Notes: generated from the sequence alone by a model not told the origin. A stretch of 64,000 bases of DNA from Anaerolineales bacterium UBA2317 (GCA_002345215.1 DDVH01000052.1:2522-66521); one strand, 5' to 3'; numbered from the stretch's first letter, positions 29,406 through 39,032 are shown. Numbers and translations: made by a program.

Positions 29406-30152
29406 ATGAAAAAAATAAATTTGAGAATTTTTTTAGCGATTTTTTTAATCGCTGTGCTTGTTGTTGCTACTGTATTTGTATTTTGGGCGAGTGATGCATA
29501 CCCTGCGGATGAAATCGCGTTAGAAGCGATGGAATCTGATTCGCAAGTATTTGTTAATGCTGAACGTGGCGTTGTGATTTTTTTCCCTGCTGATAATCCG
29601 CGACCTGAAACTGGTCTCATCTTTTACCCTGGTGGCAAAGTGGATTATCGCGCGTATGCACCGATATTAAAAATGATTGCAAGTAATGGATATTTTGTTG
29701 CATTAACTCCTGCTCCACTAAATTTAGCCATGTTTGATTTCAATGCCGCAGCACGGATTGAAGCGCAATACCCTGAAATTGAAAATTGGTTTGTAGGTGG
29801 GCATTCGCTTGGTGGCGTTGCGGCTTCATCGTATGCGGCGAGTCACCCGAATATCAAAGGCACTGTGTTGTGGGGTTCTGTCCCTGCGGATGATTTGTTA
29901 CGAGTCAATGATGTTCCAACACTTTCAGTTTACGGTACACAAGATGGATTAATTTCTTTAGAGATGTACGATAATTCACATGATTTGCTTCCACTCGATG
30001 CGACATTTGTTGTTATTGAAGGTGGCAACCATGCTCAATTTGGTTCTTATGGAGAACAAGCAGGTGATGGCATTGCAATGATTTCACCTGAAGAACAATG
30101 GACTCAAACGGTAGACGCGACTGTTGAGTTTATGAAATCATTATCTGAATAA
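29406..30152 (+). CDS. Alpha/beta hydrolase (Abhydrolase_5-like) with an N-terminal anchor
   Basis: FYPGGKVD, GHSLGG and GGNHAQFG motifs. Confidence 0.88.
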   Translation: MKKINLRIFLAIFLIAVLVVATVFVFWASDAYPADEIALEAMESDSQVFVNAERGVVIFFPADNPRPETGLIFYPGGKVDYRAYAPILKMIASNGYFVALTPAPLNLAMFDFNAAARIEAQYPEIENWFVGGHSLGGVAASSYAASHPNIKGTVLWGSVPADDLLRVNDVPTLSVYGTQDGLISLEMYDNSHDLLPLDATFVVIEGGNHAQFGSYGEQAGDGIAMISPEEQWTQTVDATVEFMKSLSE

Positions 30153-30156
30153 GACT

Positions 30157-31128
30157 ATGAAAAAATTCAAAAAACTATTTTTTATTTTATTGATATTTGC
30201 ATGCGTAACTGTTGCTTTTGCCCCATTTTTGATTCCTGTTCCTGAATTGGAAAACTTAGTCAGTGAAGAAGAATTTATAGACTCAGATAGCAAATTCATT
30301 GAAATTAACAATGTCAATATTCACTATAAAGAATCTGGGTCAGGAGAAAAAACATTTATTCTTTTGCATCCTTTTGGCGGAGGCACTTATTCATGGCGTG
30401 AAGTGATGGATGACTTCGCTCAATATGGAAGAGTGATTGCGTATGATAGACCTGCTTTTGGTCTAACCGAAAGACCCATGCCAGAAGATTGGGTTGAAAA
30501 TCCGTACGGCATGAAAGCCAATATTGAAATACTAAAAAGTTTGTTAGATACATTTGGAATCGAAAAAGCAGTTTTAGTGGGTAATTCTGCCGGTGGCGCT
30601 GTAGCCGTTGCATTTGCTTTGGAATATCCAGAACGAGTGGAGCAATTAATTTTAGTCGCGCCTGGTGTTGGTGGCGGAAGAAATCCACAATTCCCAACGT
30701 GGGCATTGCCAGTCATGTGGACTCCACAAATGCACCGTATTGGTCCGTTGTTTATGCGTGATTATCAAGAAAGTTTGCCACGTACTGTTGAAAGAGGCTG
30801 GTTCGACCAAACGAAATTAACTGATGAAATCCGTGAGACTCATTTACAAATTTTGAAAATAAAAAATTGGGACCGTGCATTTTATGAATTGGTCTTCGCG
30901 CCTGCTTACCCTGAACTGCGAGGTTTACTGCCTGAATTAAAAGTAAAAGCTTACATTATAGGTGGTATGGAAGACCGTTTGATTCGCACATGGTATTTAG
31001 AAGCAGTTGCTACCGAAATTCCGGAAGCGGAGTTAACTCTCATTCCGCAGTGTGGACATGTGCCTCAAGAAGAATGTCCACAAGAATTTATGGAAGTTAT
31101 CAAAATATATTTGCAAAGTAATAAGTGA
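30157..31128 (+). CDS. Alpha/beta hydrolase
   Basis: LHPFGG, YDRPAFG, GNSAGG and CGHVPQEE motifs. Confidence 0.9.
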   Translation: MKKFKKLFFILLIFACVTVAFAPFLIPVPELENLVSEEEFIDSDSKFIEINNVNIHYKESGSGEKTFILLHPFGGGTYSWREVMDDFAQYGRVIAYDRPAFGLTERPMPEDWVENPYGMKANIEILKSLLDTFGIEKAVLVGNSAGGAVAVAFALEYPERVEQLILVAPGVGGGRNPQFPTWALPVMWTPQMHRIGPLFMRDYQESLPRTVERGWFDQTKLTDEIRETHLQILKIKNWDRAFYELVFAPAYPELRGLLPELKVKAYIIGGMEDRLIRTWYLEAVATEIPEAELTLIPQCGHVPQEECPQEFMEVIKIYLQSNK

Positions 31129-31151
31129 TATAAATACATCATCAAAAATAT

Positions 31152-32198
31152 ATGACACTCGGACGAATTGCATTTCTTGGTTCAGGAGAGACTTCACTTG
31201 CAGGTGGGCGCATTTTTGAATCCCTAGCCCGCCTCATACCTGACCCGTTACGGGTTGCCATTTTGGAAACGCCTGCTGGCTTCGAGTTAAATGCTTCGCT
31301 GGTTGCAAACCGTGTTGGGGAATTTTTGAAAACTCGTTTACAAAATTACAAACCAACCATTGATTTAATCCCTGCCCGAAAAAAAGATACACCATACAGC
31401 CCAGACAATATAGAAATTCTCAAACCATTATTAACTGCTAATTTAATTTTCATGGGACCTGGCAGCCCAAGTTATGTAGCACGTCAATTAAAAAACACAT
31501 TGGCTTGGGACATCATTCGTGCAAGGCATCGTCAAGGTGCGATTTTAGCCTTTGCATCCGCCGCCACAATTTCTTTAGGGAAATGGGTTTTACCTGTTTA
31601 TGAAATTTATAAAGTCGGTGAGGATGTACATGTCAAAGATGGTTTGGATTTATTTAGTGATTTTGATTTGCATCTTTCATTCATTCCACATTGGAATAAT
31701 GCCGAAGGTGGCGCAGATTTAGATACCAGCCGTTGTTTCATGGGAAAAGAACGTTTTGAGCAATGGAGAAATTTAACCCCAAACGATAATATTATTGTAG
31801 GGCTAGACGAACACTCTGGAGTCATCATAGATTTTGAAAACCAAAAATGCGAAGTGCTTGGGGTCAGTTCCGTCACTGTGTTGAAAGATAACCTCACAAA
31901 AATTTACCCTTCTGAATCTAGTTTCGCATTGTCTGTATTAGGTGATATAAAAATTCCCAACCCAATAGAAAGCGGAATTTCACCTGAAATTTGGCAAATG
32001 ACTTTAGATGCACAAAATGTCAATGAAGAAAAACCTTCCGAAGAAGTATTGAATTTGCTTGAACAACGAAAGGATGCCCGTGCCAAAAAAGATTTTGCAG
32101 AATCGGATAGATTACGCGATTTAATAGGAACATTAGGCTGGATTGTGAAAGATACCAAAGAAGGACAACAATTAAAAAAACCTGACCATAGACTTTAA
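31152..32198 (+). CDS. Peptidase S51/cyanophycinase-like domain fused to a CysRS C-terminal-like domain
   Basis: GPGSP, ASAA, IPHW and GLDEH; tail LLEQRKDARAKKDFAESDRLRD...GWIVKDT. Confidence 0.75.
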   Translation: MTLGRIAFLGSGETSLAGGRIFESLARLIPDPLRVAILETPAGFELNASLVANRVGEFLKTRLQNYKPTIDLIPARKKDTPYSPDNIEILKPLLTANLIFMGPGSPSYVARQLKNTLAWDIIRARHRQGAILAFASAATISLGKWVLPVYEIYKVGEDVHVKDGLDLFSDFDLHLSFIPHWNNAEGGADLDTSRCFMGKERFEQWRNLTPNDNIIVGLDEHSGVIIDFENQKCEVLGVSSVTVLKDNLTKIYPSESSFALSVLGDIKIPNPIESGISPEIWQMTLDAQNVNEEKPSEEVLNLLEQRKDARAKKDFAESDRLRDLIGTLGWIVKDTKEGQQLKKPDHRL

Positions 32199-32267
32199 AA
32201 CCATCAACCATCAATCATCAATCATCCAATAAATGCGTTAAAATTACTGCATCATTAAGGAGTATTC

Positions 32268-33563
32268 ATGCGTGCAGTAGATATCATCACCAAAAAGCGT
32301 GACAAAATCGAATTAACAGCTGAAGAGATTCAATTTTTTGTTCACGGTTACACCAACGGGGATATTCCAGATTATCAAGCCTCAGCCTTTGCAATGGCGG
32401 TCATGCTCAATGACATGACGGCTCAAGAAACAACAGACCTTACACTTGCGATGGCAAATTCTGGTCAGGTGCTTGACCTTTCCAAAATTGTTGACCTTGC
32501 AGTAGATAAACATTCATCTGGTGGTGTGGGTGATAAAACCAGCATTGCCGTTATGCCAATGGTTGCGGCGTGCGGTTTATCCGTTGGGAAAATGTCAGGT
32601 CGTGGATTGGGTTTCAGTGGTGGCACGTTAGATAAACTCGAATCAATCAAAGGGTATCGCGTAGATTTGTCTACTGATGAATTCAAAAAACAATTAAAAG
32701 AAAAAGGGATTGTGCTAACAGGACAGTCTTTAGATTTAGCCCCCGCTGATGGAAAATTTTACGCGCTTCGTGACGTGACCGGAACTGTTCCTTCACTTCC
32801 ACTGATTGCTTCCTCCATCATGTCTAAGAAAATTGCGGCGGGTGCCCAAGCCATTGTGCTTGATGTCAAAACGGGTAATGGCGCATTTATGGAAACATTG
32901 GATGAAGCCCGCAAACTTGCAAACCTCATGGTAGATATTGGGCGTTTAGCAGGTAGAAAAACAGTGGCTTTATTATCTGACATGAATCAACCTTTGGGTG
33001 AAGCAGTCGGCAATGCGCTTGAAACTATCGAAGCGATTAATACACTCAAAGGAAATGGTCCAGCAGATTTTGTTGAACATTGTTTGCATGTCGCATCACA
33101 TGTGTTGGTTTTAGGAAATAAAGCAAAAGATTTAGATGAAGCCAGAAAGATGGCAGAAAAATCTATCGCCGATGGAAGTGCATTGGAGAAATTAAGAGTG
33201 TTGGTGGATGCACAAGGTGGCGATGTAAGTTATGTAGATGATACAAGTAAATTTGAGCGTGCAAAATTTGTAGAGGAAGTTAAAAGCGCCCGAAGCGGAA
33301 ACATTTCTCAAATCCATGCTAGAGGCGTGGGTGAGGCGGCGGTAAACCTCGGCGCGGGAAGAGCAAAAAAAGGCGACCCAATTGATTACGCTGTTGGATT
33401 CATCATCCGCAAAAAAGTGGGTGATGTGGTCAAATCTGGAGATGTATTATTTGAAATTCACGCCAATGACAAAGCAAAACTTGAAGAGGCGCGTGAATCA
33501 GTATTATCTGCCTTTCAATTTAGTGAGCAATCCGTAGCGCCATTGCCGCTATTTTACGAGTAA
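32268..33563 (+). CDS. pdp: Pyrimidine-nucleoside (thymidine) phosphorylase
   Basis: DKHSSGGVGDKT, KMSGRGLG, GGTLDKLESI and SIMSKK motifs. Confidence 0.96.
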   Translation: MRAVDIITKKRDKIELTAEEIQFFVHGYTNGDIPDYQASAFAMAVMLNDMTAQETTDLTLAMANSGQVLDLSKIVDLAVDKHSSGGVGDKTSIAVMPMVAACGLSVGKMSGRGLGFSGGTLDKLESIKGYRVDLSTDEFKKQLKEKGIVLTGQSLDLAPADGKFYALRDVTGTVPSLPLIASSIMSKKIAAGAQAIVLDVKTGNGAFMETLDEARKLANLMVDIGRLAGRKTVALLSDMNQPLGEAVGNALETIEAINTLKGNGPADFVEHCLHVASHVLVLGNKAKDLDEARKMAEKSIADGSALEKLRVLVDAQGGDVSYVDDTSKFERAKFVEEVKSARSGNISQIHARGVGEAAVNLGAGRAKKGDPIDYAVGFIIRKKVGDVVKSGDVLFEIHANDKAKLEEARESVLSAFQFSEQSVAPLPLFYE

Positions 33564-33598
33564 AATATAGTATATTTTAAGGTTATAGGATACGGCTG

Positions 33599-36439
33599 AT
33601 GGCGAGAGTTGCATTACGAGTTTACAACCACGATATTGAAAACCTCATTGGGCAGGGACACATTGATGAGGCAATTGCGCATTGTCGCCATATTTTGCGA
33701 ACCTTCCCCAAACATCTTGAAACCTATCGTTTGCTTGGCAAGGCATATCTTGAAGCCCGCCGATATAATGAAGCCATTGATATTTTGGGGCGTTTGCTCA
33801 TGGCTGTGCCAGATGATTTTGCCGCTCATGTTTGTTTGAGCATTATCCGTGATGAAGAAAATAAATTAGACGATGCCATTTGGCACATGGAACGCGCTTT
33901 TGAAGTGCAACCATCAAATGCCGCCATTCAAGGTGAGTTACAGAGATTATACGGAAAGCGCGATGGCATGGAGCCGCCAAAAATCCGTATGACGCGTGGC
34001 GCCTTAGCGCGTATTTATGTGCAAGGTGAGTTGTATCCGCAGGCGATTGCTGAGATTCGTGGCGTGCTTGCCGAAGATTCACAACGCGGTGATATGCAAG
34101 TGTTGCTCGCGCTTTCGTATTTCAAAAGCGGGCAAAAGTCAGATGCTACTGATTTATGCAATCAATTACTCAAACGTTATCCATATTCATTTGATGCAAA
34201 CCGCATCATGGTTGAATTATTGCCTGCCACAACAGGTTCGGTTGAAAGCACGCAAGTTTATCGCATGCGCGTCGGCGAAATGGACCCCTATGCAAACTTT
34301 TCTAAAGGTTCTATTTTTGAATCAAACAACGCGCCAGATGCTTCCATTAGTTTAGAAAAACTTGAATACAAAGGCGAAGAAGTTCAACTTGAGAATAATT
34401 GGGGTTCATCACTTGGCATTGAGCTTGGTTCATCTTCTATAGCTGCCCTTTCTTCATCAAATGTAAATGACCAACCCGATTGGTTGAAAGATGTTGGCTT
34501 AGGTAACGATGATGAAACGCCTCAATCTTCGGGTACAACTGATTCTGAACCTCAAGGGCAGGATGAAATCCCAGACTTTTTACGTCAAGCTGGTTGGGGT
34601 GAATCTAGCGGACCTGAACAACCGACTTCTATTTTTGATGAAGAACCGATTGAAAGCGGAGATTTAGTCGCCGCTGATTTGCCCGATTGGTTAAAAGGTC
34701 AAGCACCCGTTAATGAACCTATTGCAAAAGAAACATCATCAACGAATGATGAAATTGAAACACCAGATTGGTTAAGCGGTCTTGGCTCATCAGACCCATT
34801 AGCAGATATTCAAAACGAATCTGCATCTGCATCATCAAATGATGTGCCTGATTGGTTAAGCGGACTTGGAGACGAACAACCCATGTCAAATTCAAACGCG
34901 GACGATGAAACACTTCAACCGACGAATCTGCCGGATTGGTTGCAATCTGCCGAACCGAAGAAAGAAGCGGAAGTTCCATCTGCTAGTGTAGAAAGTTTAG
35001 GCGCATCATCTTCTGAACAGGATGATGCCGTTGCGTGGCTTGAATCACTTGCCGCTAAACATGGTGCCAAACCTGAAGAACTCGTCACCGACCCAAATAA
35101 AAGAAATGAAAAACCACCAGAGTGGGTGGCACAAGCCCAAAACATCGGAAGCCAATCGCAAACTTCATCACAACCTGCTCAGCCTGCTAATGTTGAAAAT
35201 TTAGGTGCATCATCTTCTGAACAAGATGATGCTGTGGCATGGCTTGAATCGCTTGCCGCCAAACATGGTGCCAAGCCCGAAGAACTCGTCACCGACCCGA
35301 ATAAAAGAAGTGAAACGCCACCTGATTGGGTTTCGCAAGCGCAAGCAATTGGTTCACAGCCCGCGCAAGAAGAACCTGCTAAACCCGAAGCAGTTGAAAA
35401 TGCACTCAACATTGGTGAGCAATTTTTTGCTGAGTTTGAACAAGGTGCAGGTGAATCAAAAGATGAAGATGCCGATGCTTGGTTAAAAGATTTAGAAACC
35501 AAAGCAACTGAAAAACAAAATAATGAAATTCCTGAATGGTTGAACGAGCCTGCTCAACCCAGTGAAAATATTGAAACCAACGCAACATCCGATTTGCCAA
35601 ATTGGTTGAGCGATATTGATAGCAAACCTGCTCAAAGCGAACAACTGATGGGTAGTCAAAACTTATCCGATTGGTTGAGCGGTTTGGATGATGAACCCGG
35701 CTTAGAACTTGACCCCGAAATTTTACGCGCTTCACAACGTGCTCCGTTCCAAAATCCGCCTGCCGCTGAAACTTCGAAGAGTGATGTACCGGATTGGTTA
35801 AGTGATTTAGATTCAGAAAAAGTAGAAGAAGATTCATGGACTCCGCCCGCTTCTGAATCTACGGGTCAACCTGCCACTGCTTCGTCAGCAGAATCATTGC
35901 CTGATTGGTTAAGTGGCGTGGATGAAGAATCATCAGCACAAGGACATGATGATTTACCTCCATGGTTGCATCGTGAACAATATGAGACAGGAAGCCTTTC
36001 TTTACAACCCAAGCCGACCTCTCCATCTGATTGGCATCCAGTTGCTTCACAAGAGCCTGTAGAAAAACCAGTTCAAAAAGTTGTACAAGAACCACCGTCA
36101 CCGACTCCAAAGAGTCAACCTGTGATGGAAAAGAAGAAACCTGTTGCCGCAAAACAACCCAAGCCGAAAAAAGCGGAAGGGCAGAGTGGTGTCGGGTTGT
36201 TGAACCAAGCCAAAGCCGAGTTAGATAGAGGCGATATTCCAGAAGCGTTATTGCATTACGGAAAATTAATCAAACGTGGAAAGAATCTCGAAGAAATCAT
36301 CCGTGACTTAAGTGATTCGTTGTATCGTTATCCAGTGGAAGTGAATATTTGGCAAGCATTGGGTGATGCTTATATGCGTGCCAATCGTTTGAAAGAAGCC
36401 CTCGATGCTTATAACAAGGCGGAAGAGTTGATTCGTTAA
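33599..36439 (+). CDS. TPR protein with a long acidic low-complexity linker carrying repeated PDWL-like motifs
   Basis: TPR helices at both termini; about 17 (P/D/A)-x-W-L-type motifs; a 68-aa-period internal duplication. Confidence 0.85.
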   Translation: MARVALRVYNHDIENLIGQGHIDEAIAHCRHILRTFPKHLETYRLLGKAYLEARRYNEAIDILGRLLMAVPDDFAAHVCLSIIRDEENKLDDAIWHMERAFEVQPSNAAIQGELQRLYGKRDGMEPPKIRMTRGALARIYVQGELYPQAIAEIRGVLAEDSQRGDMQVLLALSYFKSGQKSDATDLCNQLLKRYPYSFDANRIMVELLPATTGSVESTQVYRMRVGEMDPYANFSKGSIFESNNAPDASISLEKLEYKGEEVQLENNWGSSLGIELGSSSIAALSSSNVNDQPDWLKDVGLGNDDETPQSSGTTDSEPQGQDEIPDFLRQAGWGESSGPEQPTSIFDEEPIESGDLVAADLPDWLKGQAPVNEPIAKETSSTNDEIETPDWLSGLGSSDPLADIQNESASASSNDVPDWLSGLGDEQPMSNSNADDETLQPTNLPDWLQSAEPKKEAEVPSASVESLGASSSEQDDAVAWLESLAAKHGAKPEELVTDPNKRNEKPPEWVAQAQNIGSQSQTSSQPAQPANVENLGASSSEQDDAVAWLESLAAKHGAKPEELVTDPNKRSETPPDWVSQAQAIGSQPAQEEPAKPEAVENALNIGEQFFAEFEQGAGESKDEDADAWLKDLETKATEKQNNEIPEWLNEPAQPSENIETNATSDLPNWLSDIDSKPAQSEQLMGSQNLSDWLSGLDDEPGLELDPEILRASQRAPFQNPPAAETSKSDVPDWLSDLDSEKVEEDSWTPPASESTGQPATASSAESLPDWLSGVDEESSAQGHDDLPPWLHREQYETGSLSLQPKPTSPSDWHPVASQEPVEKPVQKVVQEPPSPTPKSQPVMEKKKPVAAKQPKPKKAEGQSGVGLLNQAKAELDRGDIPEALLHYGKLIKRGKNLEEIIRDLSDSLYRYPVEVNIWQALGDAYMRANRLKEALDAYNKAEELIR
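34988..35359 (+). repeat. Intragenic tandem duplication, 204-nt period
   Basis: VESLGASSSEQDDAVAWLESLAAKHGAKPEELVTDPNKR at 34988 and VENLG... at 35192; most DNA differences are synonymous. Confidence 0.9.
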
Positions 36440-36442
36440 ATC

Positions 36443-36532
36443 ATGTCGTTGCGAGGAGTGACAAAGTCACGACGAAGCAATCCCAAACTTAATTAGGAGA
36501 TTGCTTCGCCACTTCGTGGCTCGCAATGACAT
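36443..36532. repeat. GTCATTGCGAG-type palindromic element
   Basis: ATGTCGTTGCGAG...CGAAGCAATC...GAGATTGCTTCG...CTCGCAATGACAT. Confidence 0.8.
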
Positions 36533-36558
36533 AAAATTTTTATTTCGGAGGAAATTCT

Positions 36559-37011
36559 GTGGAAAGAACGCTCGTACTCGTAAAACCTGATGGTGTGCAA
36601 AGAGGATTAATCGGTGAAGTGATTGCCCGTTTTGAACGCCGCGGACTGCGCCTTGTGGCGGCAAAATTTATTCAAGTAAGCCAAACATTGGCTGAGACGC
36701 ATTACGCCGAACATAAAGGCAAACCTTTTTATGATGGTTTGATTTCATACATCACATCAGCACCTGTGATGGCAATGGTGTGGGAAGGTCCGCAAGCAGT
36801 TGCGGCGATTCGCCAAACTGTCGGCTCGACCAAACCAGTTGAAGCCGCACCCGGCACCATCCGCCATGATTTTGGACTTGAAGTTGGCAGAAACTTAATC
36901 CATGCTTCTGATAAACCTGAAACTGGTGAACGCGAAGTTGCTTTATGGTTCAAGAAAGAAGAATTGGTTGAATGGGGAAGAGAAGTAGATAAGTGGGTGT
37001 TTGAGAAGTAA
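36559..37011 (+). CDS. ndk: Nucleoside diphosphate kinase
   Basis: VKPDGV, PGTIR and NLIHASD; GGAGG SD with GTG start. Confidence 0.97.
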   Translation: MERTLVLVKPDGVQRGLIGEVIARFERRGLRLVAAKFIQVSQTLAETHYAEHKGKPFYDGLISYITSAPVMAMVWEGPQAVAAIRQTVGSTKPVEAAPGTIRHDFGLEVGRNLIHASDKPETGEREVALWFKKEELVEWGREVDKWVFEK

Positions 37012-37042
37012 GAGAGTAGAGAACAGAGAGTAGATTTAAGTA

Positions 37043-37074
37043 AAACTCCGCAGATGATAAGGTCTGTGGAGTTT
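37043..37074 (+). terminator. Intrinsic terminator after ndk
   Basis: AAACTCCGCAGA-loop-TCTGTGGAGTTT followed by GTTT. Confidence 0.7.
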
Positions 37075-37143
37075 GTTTAATTCCTAAATATGACATGTTT
37101 TAATCTCTACTGTCAGGAGCATGTTCTGTTGGATAACTGATTG

Positions 37144-37989
37144 TTATTCATTACTCTTCCAGGTTCGTGTTGAAACTATAAAAGCAATAATAATTGTAAT
37201 TACAAAAGATATTGCAAGCAGTATAAGAAGCGGGGGAGCAAGTAGTGCAAACAACAGTGCAATGGGCAGAGGAGCTAGAAAAGGAGGACCAAAAGGAGTT
37301 AATAAAATCAAGCCAGGTGCTAATAAACTGCAAAGTACAACAAAAACTAACCTCTTTAAATGATAAGGCATTGTAAAGTAGTTAATCACTTTTGGCGTAA
37401 ACAACAATGCAGGATAAAGAACTAATGCACTATATAGTGAAAGTGCAGTTATTCCTATTAAAACACTAGCAATACGAGGAATAAACATTGGAAAACTGTT
37501 TTGATGATCATTAAACATCTGTGGAGTTGCCGCCCATCTTGCGTGGTTGCGGTCTAATTGGTCTTCTGGTAACGATTCTAATCCTGCGGAAACCAATGCG
37601 TTTTCTAATTCCGCATACTCTTTAATGCCTTCTGCGCTAAATTGCCTTGCTTCATGTTCTTTGAAATGGAGATATACAACTTTCAATTCTTTTTGAGGTT
37701 CATCAAAAGGGTCATAAAATACTTCAAAATTTTGTTTAATGTATGCTTGTGAAGTAAGCCAATCATCATATGGTTGCTTTGCATAGCCATGTGCCAATAA
37801 CACTTTCTCTATCATCACAAAGGTCTGTTCAAGGCTGGAATTTGAGGGTACTTTAACTTTTATCACCGCTCCTGGCAACTCTGTTCCACCTGCTCCACCC
37901 AACATAAATAGACATCCAGTCATAAAACATAAGAATAGCACAATCGAGAGCCAAATTAATATTTTATTTATTGATTTTGTTTTATGCAT
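37144..37989 (-). CDS. Orphan membrane protein (N-terminal anchor, soluble domain, about 3-4 C-terminal TM)
   Basis: 281 aa open frame with a hydrophobicity pattern; no recognised motif. Confidence 0.65.
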   Translation of the reverse strand: MHKTKSINKILIWLSIVLFLCFMTGCLFMLGGAGGTELPGAVIKVKVPSNSSLEQTFVMIEKVLLAHGYAKQPYDDWLTSQAYIKQNFEVFYDPFDEPQKELKVVYLHFKEHEARQFSAEGIKEYAELENALVSAGLESLPEDQLDRNHARWAATPQMFNDHQNSFPMFIPRIASVLIGITALSLYSALVLYPALLFTPKVINYFTMPYHLKRLVFVVLCSLLAPGLILLTPFGPPFLAPLPIALLFALLAPPLLILLAISFVITIIIAFIVSTRTWKSNE

Positions 37990-38042
37990 TACACAACTCA
38001 GTCGCTAATTCTCTAATATCTGTTCTCTACTCTCTTCCAAAA

Positions 38043-38387
38043 TCACTTCAACTTCAACAAAACTTTCCCATCTTCCCACAATTCTTCGATATTATAAAAA
38101 TCGCGTTGGTCTGGTGAAAACAAATGCACCACCACATCGCCATAATCCACAATTACCCAGCCATCGCGTGAGTTACCTTGTTTCTTGGCTTTCTTCTTAA
38201 ATTTTTTACGAATATCATCCATCGCGCTATTAGCGAGCGCGTCGAGCATACGGTCACTCGTCCCCGTACAAATCACAAAATAATCTGTAAACGAAACAAT
38301 ATTTTTCAAATCTAGCAGAACAATGTCTTCTCCCTTTTTATCTTCCAGCGAGTTGACAATTTCACGAGCAAGTTCAAGTGTATTCAG
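38043..38387 (-). CDS. rsfS: Ribosome silencing factor RsfS, probable non-canonical CTG start
   Basis: DYFVICTG and WVIVDYGDVVVHLF; the frame extends upstream through LEDKKGEDIVLLDL to CTG 38387, with GAGGTGA SD and an in-frame TGA at 38393-38391. Confidence 0.9.
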   Translation of the reverse strand: MNTLELAREIVNSLEDKKGEDIVLLDLKNIVSFTDYFVICTGTSDRMLDALANSAMDDIRKKFKKKAKKQGNSRDGWVIVDYGDVVVHLFSPDQRDFYNIEELWEDGKVLLKLK

Positions 38388-38406
38388 AATTCACCTCAAT
38401 GTTTTT

Positions 38407-38457
38407 GTAGGGGCGGGGTTATCCCGCCCAAATTGGGCGAGGAGACCTCGCCCCTAC
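38407..38457. repeat. GTAG-tagged REP doublet (REPIN-like) overlapping the thpR stop
   Basis: GTAGGGGCGGGGTTATCCCGCCC-AAATT-GGGCGAGGAGACCTCGCCCCTAC. Confidence 0.82.
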
Positions 38458-39032
38458 CGTAATAATGCCGAAAATAATTTTGTATAAACAGACCCATTTT
38501 GATGCAAGTCACTTTGATACAGATGCACCGAGTCTACTCTAGCAGATGGAATTTTGCCAAGTTGAAAAGTTTGTATGGCATTACGAATTTTTTGCATTTC
38601 GTTTGGATGGATATTTTGTTTGACTCGTCCCAACGTCAGATGTGGAGAAAAAGCACGCGCCTCTTTTTCATAGCCTAATCTTGCTGTGCCTGCGTCAACA
38701 TCTCTTTGCAGTGAAGTCAACTCTGCGGCGGGCTGAATCCCAAGCCACAGGACGCGAATCAATTTTCCACTTGGGAAAGAACCGAGTCCGCCAATTTGCA
38801 AATCAAACGCGGAATGTGAATCAGATAGTTGAGTCAGCATCTGTTTGAGAAAATCAACATGATTATTTGGAATGTTCCCCAAAAATTTTAACGTGAGGTG
38901 CATGTTTTGAATCGGCGTCCAACGGATAGTTTCTTGCCCCAATATTTTTTGCAAACGGGAAGATTCTTTTTCAATTGAGTCTTGAATGGGTTGAGGGAGG
39001 TCAAGCGCAATGAATGCGCGGATTTGCGTCAT
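38454..39032 (-). CDS. thpR: RNA 2',3'-cyclic phosphodiesterase (2H family)
   Basis: Two HxT motifs (MHLTL, PHLTL), RAFIA and LYQS. Confidence 0.93.
   Translation of the reverse strand: MTQIRAFIALDLPQPIQDSIEKESSRLQKILGQETIRWTPIQNMHLTLKFLGNIPNNHVDFLKQMLTQLSDSHSAFDLQIGGLGSFPSGKLIRVLWLGIQPAAELTSLQRDVDAGTARLGYEKEARAFSPHLTLGRVKQNIHPNEMQKIRNAIQTFQLGKIPSARVDSVHLYQSDLHQNGSVYTKLFSALLR

Noticed and set aside
36467-36664. 65-aa minus-strand ORF
   Set aside because: It runs antisense to ndk and through a palindromic repeat.
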